Origin: Caldimicrobium thiodismutans
Lineage (GTDB): Bacteria > Desulfobacterota > Thermodesulfobacteria > Thermodesulfobacteriales > Thermodesulfobacteriaceae
DNA length: 32,000 nucleotides
Reading direction: 5' to 3'
Assembly: GCF_001548275.1 (NCBI RefSeq)
Contig: NZ_AP014945.1
Span: 1,170,001-1,202,000 of the forward strand
Shown in pieces: positions 1 through 10,159 of the stretch (positions within the stretch are counted from its first letter, which is position 1; each line of letters starts with the position of its first letter). Under the pieces are notes generated by a model. The model searched no databases and was not told the DNA's origin. It saw only the letters and a program-made list of their open reading frames with translations. The translations under genes were made by a program, and so were the position numbers.

Positions 1-1
1 G

Positions 2-280
2 CTTGAGATTGTTATCCGTTATATTGATCCAAGCTACATTATAAGAAGTGTGCCTGCAAATGTGGAAGACCGGATTTACTGCGGATTTCTGGGACAATAT
101 GCGGTGCATGCAGGAATGGCCGGTAAAACAGGCCTTATGATCAGTTATCTCAATGAGCAGTTTGTGCACATTCCTCTTAAAGAGGCGGTAAAAAAAAGGA
201 AACAGATTAATCTTCATAGTAGATTCTGGCTCTCAGTCCTTGAGTCAACTGGACAGAGGGGCTTAAAGAATCCTTCATGA
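2..280 (+). CDS. 6-phosphofructokinase family protein (PfkA/Pfp type), C-terminal fragment; 5' end is outside the window
   Basis: Frame 2 is open from base 2 (LEIVIRYIDPSYIIRSVPANVEDRIYCGFLGQYAVHAGMAGKTG...). This matches the conserved C-terminal region of bacterial PFK/PPi-PFK. The stop overlaps the ftsH ATG (ATGA at 277-280). Confidence 0.7.
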   Translation, partial: LEIVIRYIDPSYIIRSVPANVEDRIYCGFLGQYAVHAGMAGKTGLMISYLNEQFVHIPLKEAVKKRKQINLHSRFWLSVLESTGQRGLKNPS

Positions 281-2106
281 ATCAGATTCAGCGCCTTTTA
301 CTTTTTTTTAGTCTCTTCATCTTGCTTGTTCTTGGATACTATTTTCTCCAAAGCACAATTACTGCTCCTGAAAAACTCAGTTATTATGAATTCAAGGTAT
401 TATTGCGAAGGGGGCAGGTTGAAAAGTTAGTTCTCAAAAAAAATGAGATAACCGGAGCTTTTAAGGAAGGTGCCTCTGAAACCTTACATGAACTCAGAAA
501 AAGGCCTGTTAAAATCCCTCCATATTTTAAAACCTATCGGGCTGAGGATCCAGAACTCATTAAGCTTCTTGAGGAAAAGGGAGTTAATTATGAGGTGAAA
601 CCTGATGGAAGCCTCTGGATAAATGTCCTTTCCTGGATTTTGCCGGTAATACTTCTAATTGCCTTCTGGATTTTTATATTTAGGCGTTTTGTATCCCCGG
701 AAGGGGGTATTATGAGTGTGGGGAAGAGTAAGGCCCGAATTTATGTAGAGAATGAGATAACAGTTAATTTTAAAGATGTGGCTGGGGTTGATGAAGCTGT
801 TGAAGAGCTGAAGGAGATAATAGAGTTTTTAAGGCATCCTCAAAAGTTTGTGGCCCTTGGGGCAAAAATCCCCAAAGGTGTTTTACTTGTTGGCCCACCT
901 GGAACTGGAAAGACTTTACTTGCAAGGGCTGTAGCAGGAGAGGCAGGTGTGCCCTTTATATCCATCTCGGGGTCCTCCTTTGTAGAGATGTTTGTGGGGG
1001 TGGGTGCAGCAAGGGTTAGAGATCTCTTTGCTCAAGCTGAGAAAATGGCCCCTTGCATTATTTTCATTGATGAGATTGATGCGGTGGGTAGAATTAGAGG
1101 GATAACACCAGCTGGTGGAACTGAGGAAAGGGAGCATACCCTGACACAGCTCCTTACAGAAATGGATGGCTTTGACCCTAAAAAGGGAGTTATAATTATT
1201 GCGGCAACCAATCGTCCAGAAGTCCTTGATCCTGCTCTTTTGCGACCAGGAAGATTTGATCGTGTGGTAGTGGTAGATAGGCCAGATCTGAAGGGGAGAG
1301 AGGCAATTTTAAAAATCCATACCAAACATATCAAACTTGCTCAAGATGTGGATTTAAAAGTTATTGCTGCAAGAACTCCGGGCATGGTGGGGGCAGATCT
1401 TGCAAACATTGTTAATGAGGCTGCTCTTCTTGCAGCAAGAAAGGGAAAAAGCTTTGTTGAGATGGAGGACTTTGAGGAGGCTATAGATAGGGTTATAGCA
1501 GGGCTTGCCCGTAAAAGCAGGTTTCTTACCCCTGAGGAGAAAAAACGCATTGCCTACCATGAGGCCGGGCATGCTATTGTTGCAGGGGTCTTAACCCCCA
1601 AGGAGAGGGTGCATAGGGTCTCTATCATACCCAGAGGTGTGGCTGCCCTTGGTTATACCCTCCAGCTTCCAGAAGAAGAAAGATACCTTGTCACTAAAGA
1701 GGAATTGCTGGCTAAGATTACGGTTCTTTTTGGTGGAAGGGTTGCAGAAGAATTAGTTTTTAAAGAGGTATCCACTGGGGCTCAGAATGACTTAGAGAAA
1801 GCCACGGAGCTTGCCAGAGCCATGGTTATGGATTACGGAATGAGTGAACTCCTCGGTCCACAGACCTTCAGACGCCGAGAAGCCCTTTTCTTGGATATTC
1901 CCTATAGGGAAAGAGAGCTTGTCTCAGAAGAGACTGCCAGACTTATTGATAGTGAAATTGCCAAAATACTCAAAACCTGCTATGATAAAGCAAAAGAGGT
2001 TTTGGAAAAAAGAAGAGAAAAGCTTGAAAGGCTTGTAGAATTGCTAATTCAAAAGGAAGTTTTAGAAGGGGAGACCTTGGCAAGGCTCCTCTATGAGGAG
2101 GGTTAA
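277..2106 (+). CDS. ftsH: ATP-dependent zinc metalloprotease FtsH
   Basis: N-terminal TM helices, Walker A GPPGTGKT, Walker [10 protein letters not shown], second region of homology [19 protein letters not shown], and zinc motif HEAGHA. Confidence 0.97.
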   Translation: MNQIQRLLLFFSLFILLVLGYYFLQSTITAPEKLSYYEFKVLLRRGQVEKLVLKKNEITGAFKEGASETLHELRKRPVKIPPYFKTYRAEDPELIKLLEEKGVNYEVKPDGSLWINVLSWILPVILLIAFWIFIFRRFVSPEGGIMSVGKSKARIYVENEITVNFKDVAGVDEAVEELKEIIEFLRHPQKFVALGAKIPKGVLLVGPPGTGKTLLARAVAGEAGVPFISISGSSFVEMFVGVGAARVRDLFAQAEKMAPCIIFIDEIDAVGRIRGITPAGGTEEREHTLTQLLTEMDGFDPKKGVIIIAATNRPEVLDPALLRPGRFDRVVVVDRPDLKGREAILKIHTKHIKLAQDVDLKVIAARTPGMVGADLANIVNEAALLAARKGKSFVEMEDFEEAIDRVIAGLARKSRFLTPEEKKRIAYHEAGHAIVAGVLTPKERVHRVSIIPRGVAALGYTLQLPEEERYLVTKEELLAKITVLFGGRVAEELVFKEVSTGAQNDLEKATELARAMVMDYGMSELLGPQTFRRREALFLDIPYRERELVSEETARLIDSEIAKILKTCYDKAKEVLEKRREKLERLVELLIQKEVLEGETLARLLYEEG

Positions 2107-3757
2107 AATGACTTTCTGGTTATCGTTAATCCTTGGATTTTTGTTTATTTTTTCTCAAGGAAATGCTCAGGTTAGTCCCCAGGTTCTTGAAGAAATTAAA
2201 AGGGATTTTCAGCCTCTTCAAGTCCTGATTATTGGCATAGAAGGAAATGAGGTTATCCTTGATAAAGGACGGGCCCAGGGTATAAAACCCAAAGATATCC
2301 TGACAGTTTATAAAAAAGTCCGCAAAATTATTCATCCTGAGACAAAGGAAAGTCTTGGATTTTTAAAAGAGCCTATCGGGAAGATAGAGGTCTTGAGAGT
2401 GGATGAAAACTTTTCTACAGCAAGAATCCTTAGTAAGCGTGAGGAATTTCCCATTCCAACCTTGGCAAAGAGAAATACAGATCTGAGGCTCCTTCTTCTT
2501 TCCGAAGGTCCTCAAAGGGAAGCCCTATTTTTTACCCTTAAGAGTCTTCTTCCAGAAAGTGAAATATTCTACGATCCCAATTTAAAGGTTTCTCAGCTTA
2601 CCTCCGCAGATCTTTTTAACCGTAAGATTGATTTACTTTTGGCTGAGGGTCCAGGTTATCTTAAGGTTTACAATAGCTATCTTGATCTGGTTAGAATATA
2701 TGGAAGCCCTTTAGCAACTTCTAATCAAATAGCCTCTAAAACTGAAACTGTTGAGTCTCTACCGCATCCAACCTCCTTTACACCCCAGTTTAAACAGGTT
2801 TCTCTTTTGGGAAAAATGCCTGGCGAGGTTTTGCAGGGAGAATTTGTAGATCTTGATGGTGATGGAAGAGAGGAATTTCTTTATTTTACCTCTAATAATG
2901 AGCTTTTTGCAGTGAAGCTAAAGGGAGGACTTCTTGCCAAATATAAGCCCGAGAAAGGACAGATTCTTTCCCTATCCGCCGGTCCTCAGGGATGGGTTGC
3001 CCTCAATATCTATGAAAAGAATCTCGGGATGCGGAGTGAGGTGCTCAAGCTTACACCCCAGGGGTTTCAACCCGTGCTAAAAAATCTTAATCTGATACTG
3101 CAGTTTGTGGATTATGCTGGAGTGGGACAAAAAGATACCCTCCTTGTGCAGACCTTTGATGGGGATACCTTTTTTGGTAAGGAAGTTTATATTGCTAAGC
3201 GCGAGGGCAATTCTTTGAGATATGCCCAAAGGCTTGATGTGCCAGAGAACTTCAGGCTTCCTGGTGCTAACTTTGTTGATCTTGATGGAGATGGAGAAAG
3301 AGAGCTTGTTACCTTTCTTAGCGATGGCAGGCTTGGTATCTTTAAAAGGGGAAGACTGGTTTTTTCTACCCCCTTTGAGGTATCTAAACACTTTTATCAA
3401 CTGACTCTCACCAAGGGTAAAAAGGGGCAGGAGGTAGTTAAGGCGGTCCTTTATCCCTTTGTGAGCCCTCTTGTGGGCGATTTTAACAGGGATGGAAGAC
3501 AGGACCTCCTCTTTATTAAGGCAGAATTTCCCTTAGAAAGGGTGGCAGGAGATCTGAAAAGCCTTCCTTTGAATCAGGGGAACTTTCAATTTTATACCCT
3601 TTCCTATCAAGGGACTTATTATTTTAGGGCCCTGGCTTTGAATGAAACCGGAGTCATGACAGCCCTGGGAGGGGAAGGAGAAAATATTTATTTTGTGACT
3701 GTCAAGGGAGTCTATCCCGGACAGACGGAGAGTTTACTTTATTCCATTTTATATTGA
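2093..3757 (+). CDS. Secreted FG-GAP/VCBS-like repeat protein; likely true start is ATG 2108 (MTFWLSL...)
   Basis: Signal-peptide-like N-terminus (LILGFLFIFSQGNAQ). Three Ca-binding-type repeats: FVDLDGDGREEF, FVDLDGDGEREL, VGDFNRDGRQDL. Confidence 0.6.
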   Translation: MRRVKMTFWLSLILGFLFIFSQGNAQVSPQVLEEIKRDFQPLQVLIIGIEGNEVILDKGRAQGIKPKDILTVYKKVRKIIHPETKESLGFLKEPIGKIEVLRVDENFSTARILSKREEFPIPTLAKRNTDLRLLLLSEGPQREALFFTLKSLLPESEIFYDPNLKVSQLTSADLFNRKIDLLLAEGPGYLKVYNSYLDLVRIYGSPLATSNQIASKTETVESLPHPTSFTPQFKQVSLLGKMPGEVLQGEFVDLDGDGREEFLYFTSNNELFAVKLKGGLLAKYKPEKGQILSLSAGPQGWVALNIYEKNLGMRSEVLKLTPQGFQPVLKNLNLILQFVDYAGVGQKDTLLVQTFDGDTFFGKEVYIAKREGNSLRYAQRLDVPENFRLPGANFVDLDGDGERELVTFLSDGRLGIFKRGRLVFSTPFEVSKHFYQLTLTKGKKGQEVVKAVLYPFVSPLVGDFNRDGRQDLLFIKAEFPLERVAGDLKSLPLNQGNFQFYTLSYQGTYYFRALALNETGVMTALGGEGENIYFVTVKGVYPGQTESLLYSILY

Positions 3758-4215
3758 GCGTGTTTTCTGCGGATCTCTCGGAGGGTAAAAAGGATTTCAT
3801 AAGCTTCTAAGTTCAGCTCCTCTGAGAGAGCCTTTATAAGTTCAAGGAGCTCCTCTCGGCTTTTAGCGTGACACATGGTATAAAAGTTATAGGGCCAGTC
3901 TGGATAGGTCTTTCTCACATAGCAATGAGAGATAAAGGATTTTTGAGAGAGAATCTGGCCAACTTCGTCGATTCTTTCCTCTGGTACGAGCCATGCAACC
4001 ATGGCATTCCCCTCATAGCCTGCTAAATTATGCCTTATAGTAGCCCCAAGTCTGCGGATAATCCTTTTGTCTAAGAGGGCCTGGATGCAAGAGAAGACCT
4101 CTTCTTCTTTTATATTAAGCTCTTTGGCAATCTCTGCAAAGGGCCTCTCTACCAGGGGAAGGCCCTTAATTAGAGCTTGGAGGACTTTTTTCTCTTGTTC
4201 ATTAATAATTTTCAT
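3739..4215 (-). CDS. AsnC/Lrp-fold protein of the siroheme decarboxylase (NirDLGH / AhbA-AhbB) family
   Basis: N-terminal HTH-like segment ([16 protein letters not shown]), RRLGA motif, and C-terminal signature [22 protein letters not shown] typical of NirD/AhbA/B proteins. The start overlaps the queF stop. Confidence 0.65.
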   Translation of the reverse strand: MKIINEQEKKVLQALIKGLPLVERPFAEIAKELNIKEEEVFSCIQALLDKRIIRRLGATIRHNLAGYEGNAMVAWLVPEERIDEVGQILSQKSFISHCYVRKTYPDWPYNFYTMCHAKSREELLELIKALSEELNLEAYEILFTLREIRRKHAQYKME

Positions 4216-4586
4216 GCTCTCTCTTTCTCAACAGTAATAACAGTATGCACATTGCCGCGAGGATGAAAATCTGCAACCACTTTAAGGCGTCTCGGTTGCA
4301 AGAGATTCCAGAGGGCATCAAAAATTTCATTAGTTACGGCTTCATGAGAGAGATAGCGATCCCTGAATTTATTAAGCCAAAGTTTTAGAGATCTGAGCTC
4401 AACAATTTTTTGATCGGGGAGATAAGAGATTTTGATTATGGCAAAATCAGGATACCCGGATCTTGGACAGAGACAGGTAAATTCTGGAAAGGTGATTTCA
4501 ATAAGATAGTCTCGATCCGGGTATGGATTTTCCCAGGCCTCAAGTTGAGCCTCGGCAATGGCAATTTCACCATATTTTTTAACCAT
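4212..4586 (-). CDS. queF: NADPH-dependent 7-cyano-7-deazaguanine (preQ0) reductase, unimodular type
   Basis: Catalytic Cys context [13 protein letters not shown], QueF motif ELRSLKLWL, and C-terminal HPRGN. Confidence 0.9.
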   Translation of the reverse strand: MVKKYGEIAIAEAQLEAWENPYPDRDYLIEITFPEFTCLCPRSGYPDFAIIKISYLPDQKIVELRSLKLWLNKFRDRYLSHEAVTNEIFDALWNLLQPRRLKVVADFHPRGNVHTVITVEKERA

Positions 4587-4849
4587 ATTTAAATATTATC
4601 CCTATTTTAAGATTTAGCAAGTTTTCAAAGGTATTAAAATTTATCAAATCATAAGTAAAGAGTAAAAAGTGGTTAGCTTTTGTGGAGCCTCAAAGAGGGC
4701 AATTTTACCAAAAATTTTTAAATTCAACCCAGGTTACTGAGTTAATTTTAATCCTCCCCAATCCATACAAAATGCATAATATTACCTTGCCTTTTTATTA
4801 AATCAATTATAGTTTTGAATTGTTCAAAGTAGAGAGAAGTAAATTAGCA

Positions 4850-4878
4850 TTGATTTTTCAAAAAAGAGGCCTTAAAAT
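4850..4878 (+). promoter_or_regulatory. Sigma70-type promoter TTGATT-N17-TAAAAT ending 6 nt before the ATG at 4885 (leaderless-type)
   Basis: TTGATT at 4850-4855, 17-nt spacer, TAAAAT at 4873-4878, ATG at 4885. There is no Shine-Dalgarno within 12 nt. Confidence 0.5.
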
Positions 4879-4884
4879 AAAATT

Positions 4885-6435
4885 ATGGAGAAAAATCTTC
4901 CCATCGGAATTTCAAGCTTTGTTGAGATTCGCTCAGAACCCTATTATTATGTTGATAAAACTCCATTTGTTGAAAAACTTGTCTCCGAAGGAAAATACTA
5001 TTTTCTCTCCCGCCCAAGAAGATTTGGAAAATCCCTTTTTGTGGACACCCTGAAACAGGCCTTCCTTGGAAGAAAAGAGCTTTTCCAAGGGCTCTATCTT
5101 GAAAAGAACTGGGACTGGAGTGTTAGGTATCCTGTTATTCATATTGATTTTGGGGGAGGAGAGGTCAAAGGTGCAGAAGGCCTTGAAAAATGGATACTTC
5201 AGCAACTTGAGGAACATCAAAATCTTTATGAGATCACCTGTAAATGGAAAGATGATTACCATGCCTGCTTCAGGGAACTAATCCTAAAACTTTCTCAGAA
5301 ATATGCATCTAAAGTGGTAGTTCTTGTTGATGAGTATGATAAACCTATTCTTGATTGTATTGAGGATAGAGAAACTGCAAAGGCAGTAAGAGATGTGCTT
5401 AAGAACTTTTATAGTGTCTTAAAGCCCCTTGATACCCAGCTTAAATTTGTTTTCCTCACAGGAGTTTCAAAATTTTCAAAGGTTTCCCTTTTCTCAGGGC
5501 TTAATCAGTTAAGAGATATTACTTTAAGCAGGGAGTATTCAACTATTTGCGGATATACTCAAAGGGAACTTGAAGAGGTCTTTAGGGAGGAACTGAAAGA
5601 TAAGAACTTAGAGCTTATAAGATGCTGGTATAATGGTTATTCCTGGCTTGGGGAACCTCTCTACAATCCCTTTGATGTGCTTCTCTATTTAGAGGAAAAA
5701 CAATTTCACCCTTACTGGTTTGAGACAGGGACTCCAAGTTTTCTTGTAAAGCTTTTAATGGAGAAGCGTTTTTATCTTCCTGAGCTTGAAAATCTTGTGG
5801 CAACAGACTCACTTATTGGGTCCTTTGATATAGATAGGGTTAGGCCTGAGAATCTCCTTTTTCAAGCAGGCTATCTTACCATAAAAAGAATATTTAGCCT
5901 TGCAGATAAGATTCTTTATGAGCTTTCCTATCCCAATAAGGAGGTAAAGGTAGCTTTAAATGAGGTGCTTGCTGAGTATTTTACAGGGGATACAGGGGAA
6001 GTTTCTTTAAAGACAAGGGATTTTCTTTTGGCTCTTGAGAGAAATCAGTTTGAGAAGATGAAGAAGGTTCTTGAGGGTCTTTATGCAGGGATACCCCATG
6101 ATTGGTTCAGGAAGAATGAGCTTTTTCGTTATGAGGGGTATTATGCAAGTTGTTTTTATGCCTTTTTATGTGGGTCAGGGCTTGAGGTAATCCCTGAGGA
6201 TATAACAAATAAGGGGCAGATAGATTTGACGGTGCTATATAGGGAAAGAGTTTATCTTTTTGAGTTCAAGGTGGTTGAGGGAGAGGAGGGAGAGGGTAAA
6301 GCTTTAGCTCAATTGAAAGAAAAAGGGTATCATAAGAAGTATGAGGGGAAGTCTAAGGAGATTTATCTTATCGGGATTGAGTTTTCCTCAAGGGAGAGGA
6401 ATATCAAGGGCTTTTTCTGGGAAAAAATAAATTGA
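4885..6435 (+). CDS. Orphan AAA-ATPase-like protein with C-terminal PD-(D/E)xK nuclease-fold domain (AAA-ATPase_like / PDDEXK_9 architecture)
   Basis: N-terminus FVEIRSEPYYYVDKTPFVEKL...LSRPRRFGKSLF (P-loop-like GKS) and DEYDKP Walker B-like. The C-terminus has GQIDL...YLFEFKV (D...E-x-K pattern). Confidence 0.75.
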   Translation: MEKNLPIGISSFVEIRSEPYYYVDKTPFVEKLVSEGKYYFLSRPRRFGKSLFVDTLKQAFLGRKELFQGLYLEKNWDWSVRYPVIHIDFGGGEVKGAEGLEKWILQQLEEHQNLYEITCKWKDDYHACFRELILKLSQKYASKVVVLVDEYDKPILDCIEDRETAKAVRDVLKNFYSVLKPLDTQLKFVFLTGVSKFSKVSLFSGLNQLRDITLSREYSTICGYTQRELEEVFREELKDKNLELIRCWYNGYSWLGEPLYNPFDVLLYLEEKQFHPYWFETGTPSFLVKLLMEKRFYLPELENLVATDSLIGSFDIDRVRPENLLFQAGYLTIKRIFSLADKILYELSYPNKEVKVALNEVLAEYFTGDTGEVSLKTRDFLLALERNQFEKMKKVLEGLYAGIPHDWFRKNELFRYEGYYASCFYAFLCGSGLEVIPEDITNKGQIDLTVLYRERVYLFEFKVVEGEEGEGKALAQLKEKGYHKKYEGKSKEIYLIGIEFSSRERNIKGFFWEKIN

Positions 6436-6517
6436 TTTTCTGCATAGATTTATATTCTTGATTTTATCTACCAGAAAATATAGTTTTATATTTCAAAAGA
6501 GCTCGATACATCTTTTT

Positions 6518-6546
6518 TTGACAGGTGAAAGATTTGAGAGTATAAT
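6518..6546 (+). promoter_or_regulatory. Perfect consensus sigma70 promoter TTGACA-N17-TATAAT upstream of the cysteine desulfurase gene
   Basis: TTGACA at 6518-6523, 17-nt spacer, TATAAT at 6541-6546, ATG at 6556 (9 nt downstream, no SD). Confidence 0.65.
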
Positions 6547-6555
6547 TTTTATATA

Positions 6556-7668
6556 ATGAAGCCCATTTATCTTGATTATAATGCTACAACTCCGGTTTTG
6601 CCAGAGGTAATTTCAGCCTTTAATCTCTATGCGGGTGAATTTTTTTGGAATCCAAGCTCTGGCCACATTCTTGGAAGAAGAGCCAAAGAAGTCCTGGAAG
6701 AATTCAGAAAGACTGTGGCCGAGGCTCTTTCAGCAGAGCCAGAAGAAGTTATCTTTACCTCAGGAGGCACAGAGGCTAATCATCTTGCCCTTTTTGGAGT
6801 TCTTACCCAATATAAAAAGGCTCATCTCCTTGTTTCTTCCTTTGAACATCCTTCCATTTTGAACCCTGCGGTGAAACTTCTTGAGAAGGGTTATGAGGTT
6901 GATTTTGTCCCTGTAAATCCCCAGGGTTATGTTGAGCCAGATGTGGTTAAAAAAAGGCTGAGACCTCATACAAAGCTTGTTTCCATTATACTTGCTAATA
7001 ATGAGATTGGAACCATCCAACCTATAAAAGAAATTTCTGAAATTCTTAAAGAAAGAGAGATTCTTTTTCACACTGATGCCTGTCAGGCTGTGGGGAAAAT
7101 ACCTGTGAATTTTAAAGAGCTTTGTGTGGATATGTTAACTCTTGCCGGACATAAGATGTATGCTCCTAAAGGAATTGGTGCCCTTATTGTGAAAAAGGGA
7201 GTTAATCTGGAACCTATCTTTTTTGGGGGAGGGCAAGAAAGGGGCCTTAGGGCAGGAACAGAGCCAGTTCCTTTGATTGCAAGTTTATCTAAAGCCTGCG
7301 AAATTGCAAAAAGAGATGTTTTAGCTGAAGGAGAAAGATTAAAATTTTTAAGAGAAAGGCTATTTCAGGGGCTAAAGGAGTTTTATCCTGACCTTTATCG
7401 CTTTGTAGATCCTGAAAAAACTCTTCCCAATACCCTTACAGTATCTTTTGTAGGAAAAAGCGGAGCCAAAATTCTTTCTGACCTTCCAGAGATCTGTGCC
7501 TCAACTGGTTCTGCCTGTCATGACCGTAAAGGCTCTATCACCCTTCAGGCTCTTAAAGTTCCCCCTGAAATTGCAGAAGGAACTATCCGTTTTTCCTTAG
7601 GCAGATATACCACCCTTGAAGACATTGAAAAGGTTCTTGAGCTCTTCCAAAACTATTTCAGAAAATAA
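6556..7668 (+). CDS. nifS: Cysteine desulfurase (class V aminotransferase, NifS/IscS-like)
   Basis: PLP-lysine context LAGHKMYAPKGIGAL, catalytic Cys loop STGSACHD, and HTDACQAVG. Confidence 0.85.
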   Translation: MKPIYLDYNATTPVLPEVISAFNLYAGEFFWNPSSGHILGRRAKEVLEEFRKTVAEALSAEPEEVIFTSGGTEANHLALFGVLTQYKKAHLLVSSFEHPSILNPAVKLLEKGYEVDFVPVNPQGYVEPDVVKKRLRPHTKLVSIILANNEIGTIQPIKEISEILKEREILFHTDACQAVGKIPVNFKELCVDMLTLAGHKMYAPKGIGALIVKKGVNLEPIFFGGGQERGLRAGTEPVPLIASLSKACEIAKRDVLAEGERLKFLRERLFQGLKEFYPDLYRFVDPEKTLPNTLTVSFVGKSGAKILSDLPEICASTGSACHDRKGSITLQALKVPPEIAEGTIRFSLGRYTTLEDIEKVLELFQNYFRK

Positions 7669-7673
7669 TCTTT

Positions 7674-8600
7674 ATGTTCAAAAAAATTGGAAAGGTTTTA
7701 CTTGTTAAGCCAGCCTTAATCTCAGAAGAAGAAAGGGAATTTTATAAAGAGCTTTCCTTTGAAAATTTTATCTTTTTTAAAGAACATTTTCAAAGGGATT
7801 TTGAAGAATATCTTTCCCATTTAAGAGGTGGTCTTAGAAGCATCAAATTTTTAGCAGTGGATCAGGAAGGCGGAAGAGTTTGCAGGATTAAGGGTGATTT
7901 TGCAAGTCCCTCTGAAATAGCGGAGAAAGCCAAATTTGAAGGGAAAAGGGTTTTAATAGATTGGGCAGAAAAAATAGCTGAGACCTTAGAGAATTATAAA
8001 CTTAATCTAAATCTTTCTCCTGTTGTTGATAGAGGAAATAAAGAAACGCCTGAATTTCTGAAGGGAAGGAGCTTTAGCAAAGATCCTAAAGAAATTGTAA
8101 AATTTGCAGAAATCTTAATTGGGGAGCACAAAAAAAGAGGGCTTAGAACCTGTCTTAAACATTTTCCTGGACTTTACAATGTAAAAATTGACCCCCATAA
8201 AGAACTTCCTGTGAAAGAAAAGCTTTTTGATGAGGACCTTTATCCTTTTATAAAACTTTCTTCAAGAGCTGATTTTATTATGACTACCCATCTTTTTCTC
8301 CCTGAACTTGATATGGAAAAGCCTTCCACCTTTTCTGAGAGGCTTATTTCTTTTCTGCGAAAGATAACGGATTTTAAGGGGGCCATCCTTACTGATGACC
8401 TCTCCATGGGGGCTTTAAAGAGCTATTCTTTTTCAGAAAGAATTGTTCTTTCCTTGGTGTCAGGGCACAATCTTCTTATTTTTTGTGGTTTCTTTGAAGA
8501 TTTGATGGGAAGTCTTTTTGAGATCAAGGGAGAGATTGAAAAAAGTAAAATCCTTAAAGAAAAAATCCAGGAGTCCTTGACAATTCTTGAGAAATATTAG
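7674..8600 (+). CDS. nagZ: Glycoside hydrolase family 3 beta-N-acetylhexosaminidase (NagZ-like)
   Basis: VDQEGGRVCR, KHFPG...DPH (Asp-x-His dyad region), and nucleophile context ILTDDLSMGAL. Confidence 0.75.
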   Translation: MFKKIGKVLLVKPALISEEEREFYKELSFENFIFFKEHFQRDFEEYLSHLRGGLRSIKFLAVDQEGGRVCRIKGDFASPSEIAEKAKFEGKRVLIDWAEKIAETLENYKLNLNLSPVVDRGNKETPEFLKGRSFSKDPKEIVKFAEILIGEHKKRGLRTCLKHFPGLYNVKIDPHKELPVKEKLFDEDLYPFIKLSSRADFIMTTHLFLPELDMEKPSTFSERLISFLRKITDFKGAILTDDLSMGALKSYSFSERIVLSLVSGHNLLIFCGFFEDLMGSLFEIKGEIEKSKILKEKIQESLTILEKY

Positions 8601-8612
8601 ATACTTCAGATT

Positions 8613-9452
8613 ATGAATGCGAAAGTTGAGCTTGAGAGGATTAAAGATGCAGTTAAAGAGGGCTATCTTTTTGCCTGTCTTAGACTGCCAGAAGAAATGG
8701 TTAAAAAATTTGAAGAAGCCTTAAAACTTGAAGAGAATCCCCTTGCCAGAAGGGTCTTTGAAATCCTTCTTGAAAATGCAAAAATAGCGGAAAGAGAAAA
8801 AATTCCCCTTTGTCAGGATACAGGAATACCCGTGGTGATAGTTAGATTCTCTTCGGGAGTGGATCTTTCAGGTGTTCCTGAGGCTATTAATGAGGGCATA
8901 GCAGAGGCAGTTAAAGAGGGCTATTTGAGAAGTTCTGTTGCGCACCCCTTAACAAGGAAAAACACAGGCACCAATACCCCTGCTATTATTCACTATGAAT
9001 ATGTTTCTAACGAAACTTTTGATATCTGGCTTATGCCCAAGGGATGTGGAAGTGAAAATATGAGTAGACTTGCCATGCTTCCTCCGGCAAGGGGAATTCA
9101 GGGGATAAAGGAGTTTGTGTTGAATACTGTAAAAGAAGCAGGCCCAAATCCCTGTCCCCCTTTAATTGTAGGTGTAGGGATTGGAGGTAATTTTGAGAGA
9201 TCCGCTTATCTTGCCAAAAGAGCACTTTTCAGAAATCCCGGTGAGCCAAACAGGGATCCAGAGGTGGCTGAACTCGAAAAGGAACTTCTTGAAGAAATTA
9301 ATTCCCTTGGGATTGGTCCTCTTGGATTTGGAGGAAAAACTACTGCCCTTTTTGTGCATATAGAGATTGAGCCCTGTCATATAGCCAGTTTACCAGTTGC
9401 AGTAAATTTACAGTGCCATTCTGCAAGGCTAAAAAAGATAAAGCTTTTATGA
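8613..9452 (+). CDS. fumA: Fe-S type hydro-lyase, class I fumarate hydratase / tartrate dehydratase alpha subunit
   Basis: [21 protein letters not shown] and NPCPP motifs (cluster-ligand cysteines). About 280 aa, as for two-subunit enzymes. Confidence 0.85.
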   Translation: MNAKVELERIKDAVKEGYLFACLRLPEEMVKKFEEALKLEENPLARRVFEILLENAKIAEREKIPLCQDTGIPVVIVRFSSGVDLSGVPEAINEGIAEAVKEGYLRSSVAHPLTRKNTGTNTPAIIHYEYVSNETFDIWLMPKGCGSENMSRLAMLPPARGIQGIKEFVLNTVKEAGPNPCPPLIVGVGIGGNFERSAYLAKRALFRNPGEPNRDPEVAELEKELLEEINSLGIGPLGFGGKTTALFVHIEIEPCHIASLPVAVNLQCHSARLKKIKLL

Positions 9453-10159
9453 AAAATTTTTTCAGCTTTTTCTTCTTAATAACAATTCTTCTTTCCGGTT
9501 GCGGAAGAAAGGCCCCTCCTCTCCCTATCTCTCAGAGTATTCCCAAAGCGCCTCAGCTTAATGTTGAAGCAACCCCCTTTGGCTTTAATCTCTGGATTAC
9601 CCTTCCTTCAGAGACACAAGGTGGCAACCCCTTAAATAAGATCACATCTCTAATCATAGAAAGGGAAGAATTTAATGAAAACTTGCCTCAAAAGCCAAAG
9701 GTTAAGCACTTCAAACTTAAACCCAAGCTTCATTCAGCTGGAAGACTAATCCTTTATTCTGACTCTGACCTCAAGCCAGGCTTCCGTTATACCTATCGCC
9801 TAAAACTTAAAAAAGACTTCCTTGTGGAGACACCCTTTCAAGAAGAAAGGGTAGTTTACTGGACAGATCCTCCGGGTCTTATTGAAGATATAAAGTGGCA
9901 GATAAATGAAGAGGGATTTCTTCTCTTGAGCTGGGCTCCACCTCTTCTTGATGTAAAGGGAAATCCCTTGAGCGGATCTATTTTTTACCATGTAGAGCGC
10001 TATATCAATGAAAATCTTGAGACCTACGAGGTTAAAGAGGCAATTTTTAAGGACAAAGTTTCAACTCAAATCAAGGTCTGTTATAGAATTCAGCCCCTTT
10101 TAAATTTTAAGGGCACTCTTATTCCTGGTCCAAAAAGTGAATCTATCTGTTACCCTTAA
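9449..10159 (+). CDS. Lipoprotein with two FN3-like modules; start moved to ATG 9449, which overlaps the fumA stop
   Basis: Lipobox LLSGC after a hydrophobic N-terminus. Two similar modules each contain GNPL and a Y-x-Y-R-like strand (FRYTYRLKL; VCYRIQPL). Confidence 0.6.
   Translation: MKNFFSFFFLITILLSGCGRKAPPLPISQSIPKAPQLNVEATPFGFNLWITLPSETQGGNPLNKITSLIIEREEFNENLPQKPKVKHFKLKPKLHSAGRLILYSDSDLKPGFRYTYRLKLKKDFLVETPFQEERVVYWTDPPGLIEDIKWQINEEGFLLLSWAPPLLDVKGNPLSGSIFYHVERYINENLETYEVKEAIFKDKVSTQIKVCYRIQPLLNFKGTLIPGPKSESICYP

Noticed and set aside
916-1572. Four antisense ORFs (69-100 aa) inside ftsH
   Set aside because: They lie entirely within a strongly supported CDS, have low-complexity Ser/Arg/Leu-rich products, and have no start-site signals. 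They are typical shadow ORFs.
4587-4700. Possible preQ1 riboswitch upstream of queF (minus strand)
   Set aside because: Reading the minus strand, I could not find the short P1 hairpin plus A-rich tail (or any convincing pseudoknot) of preQ1-I/II/III classes. Only a weak CCCTCTTTGAGG hairpin is present. An Infernal/Rfam scan would be decisive.
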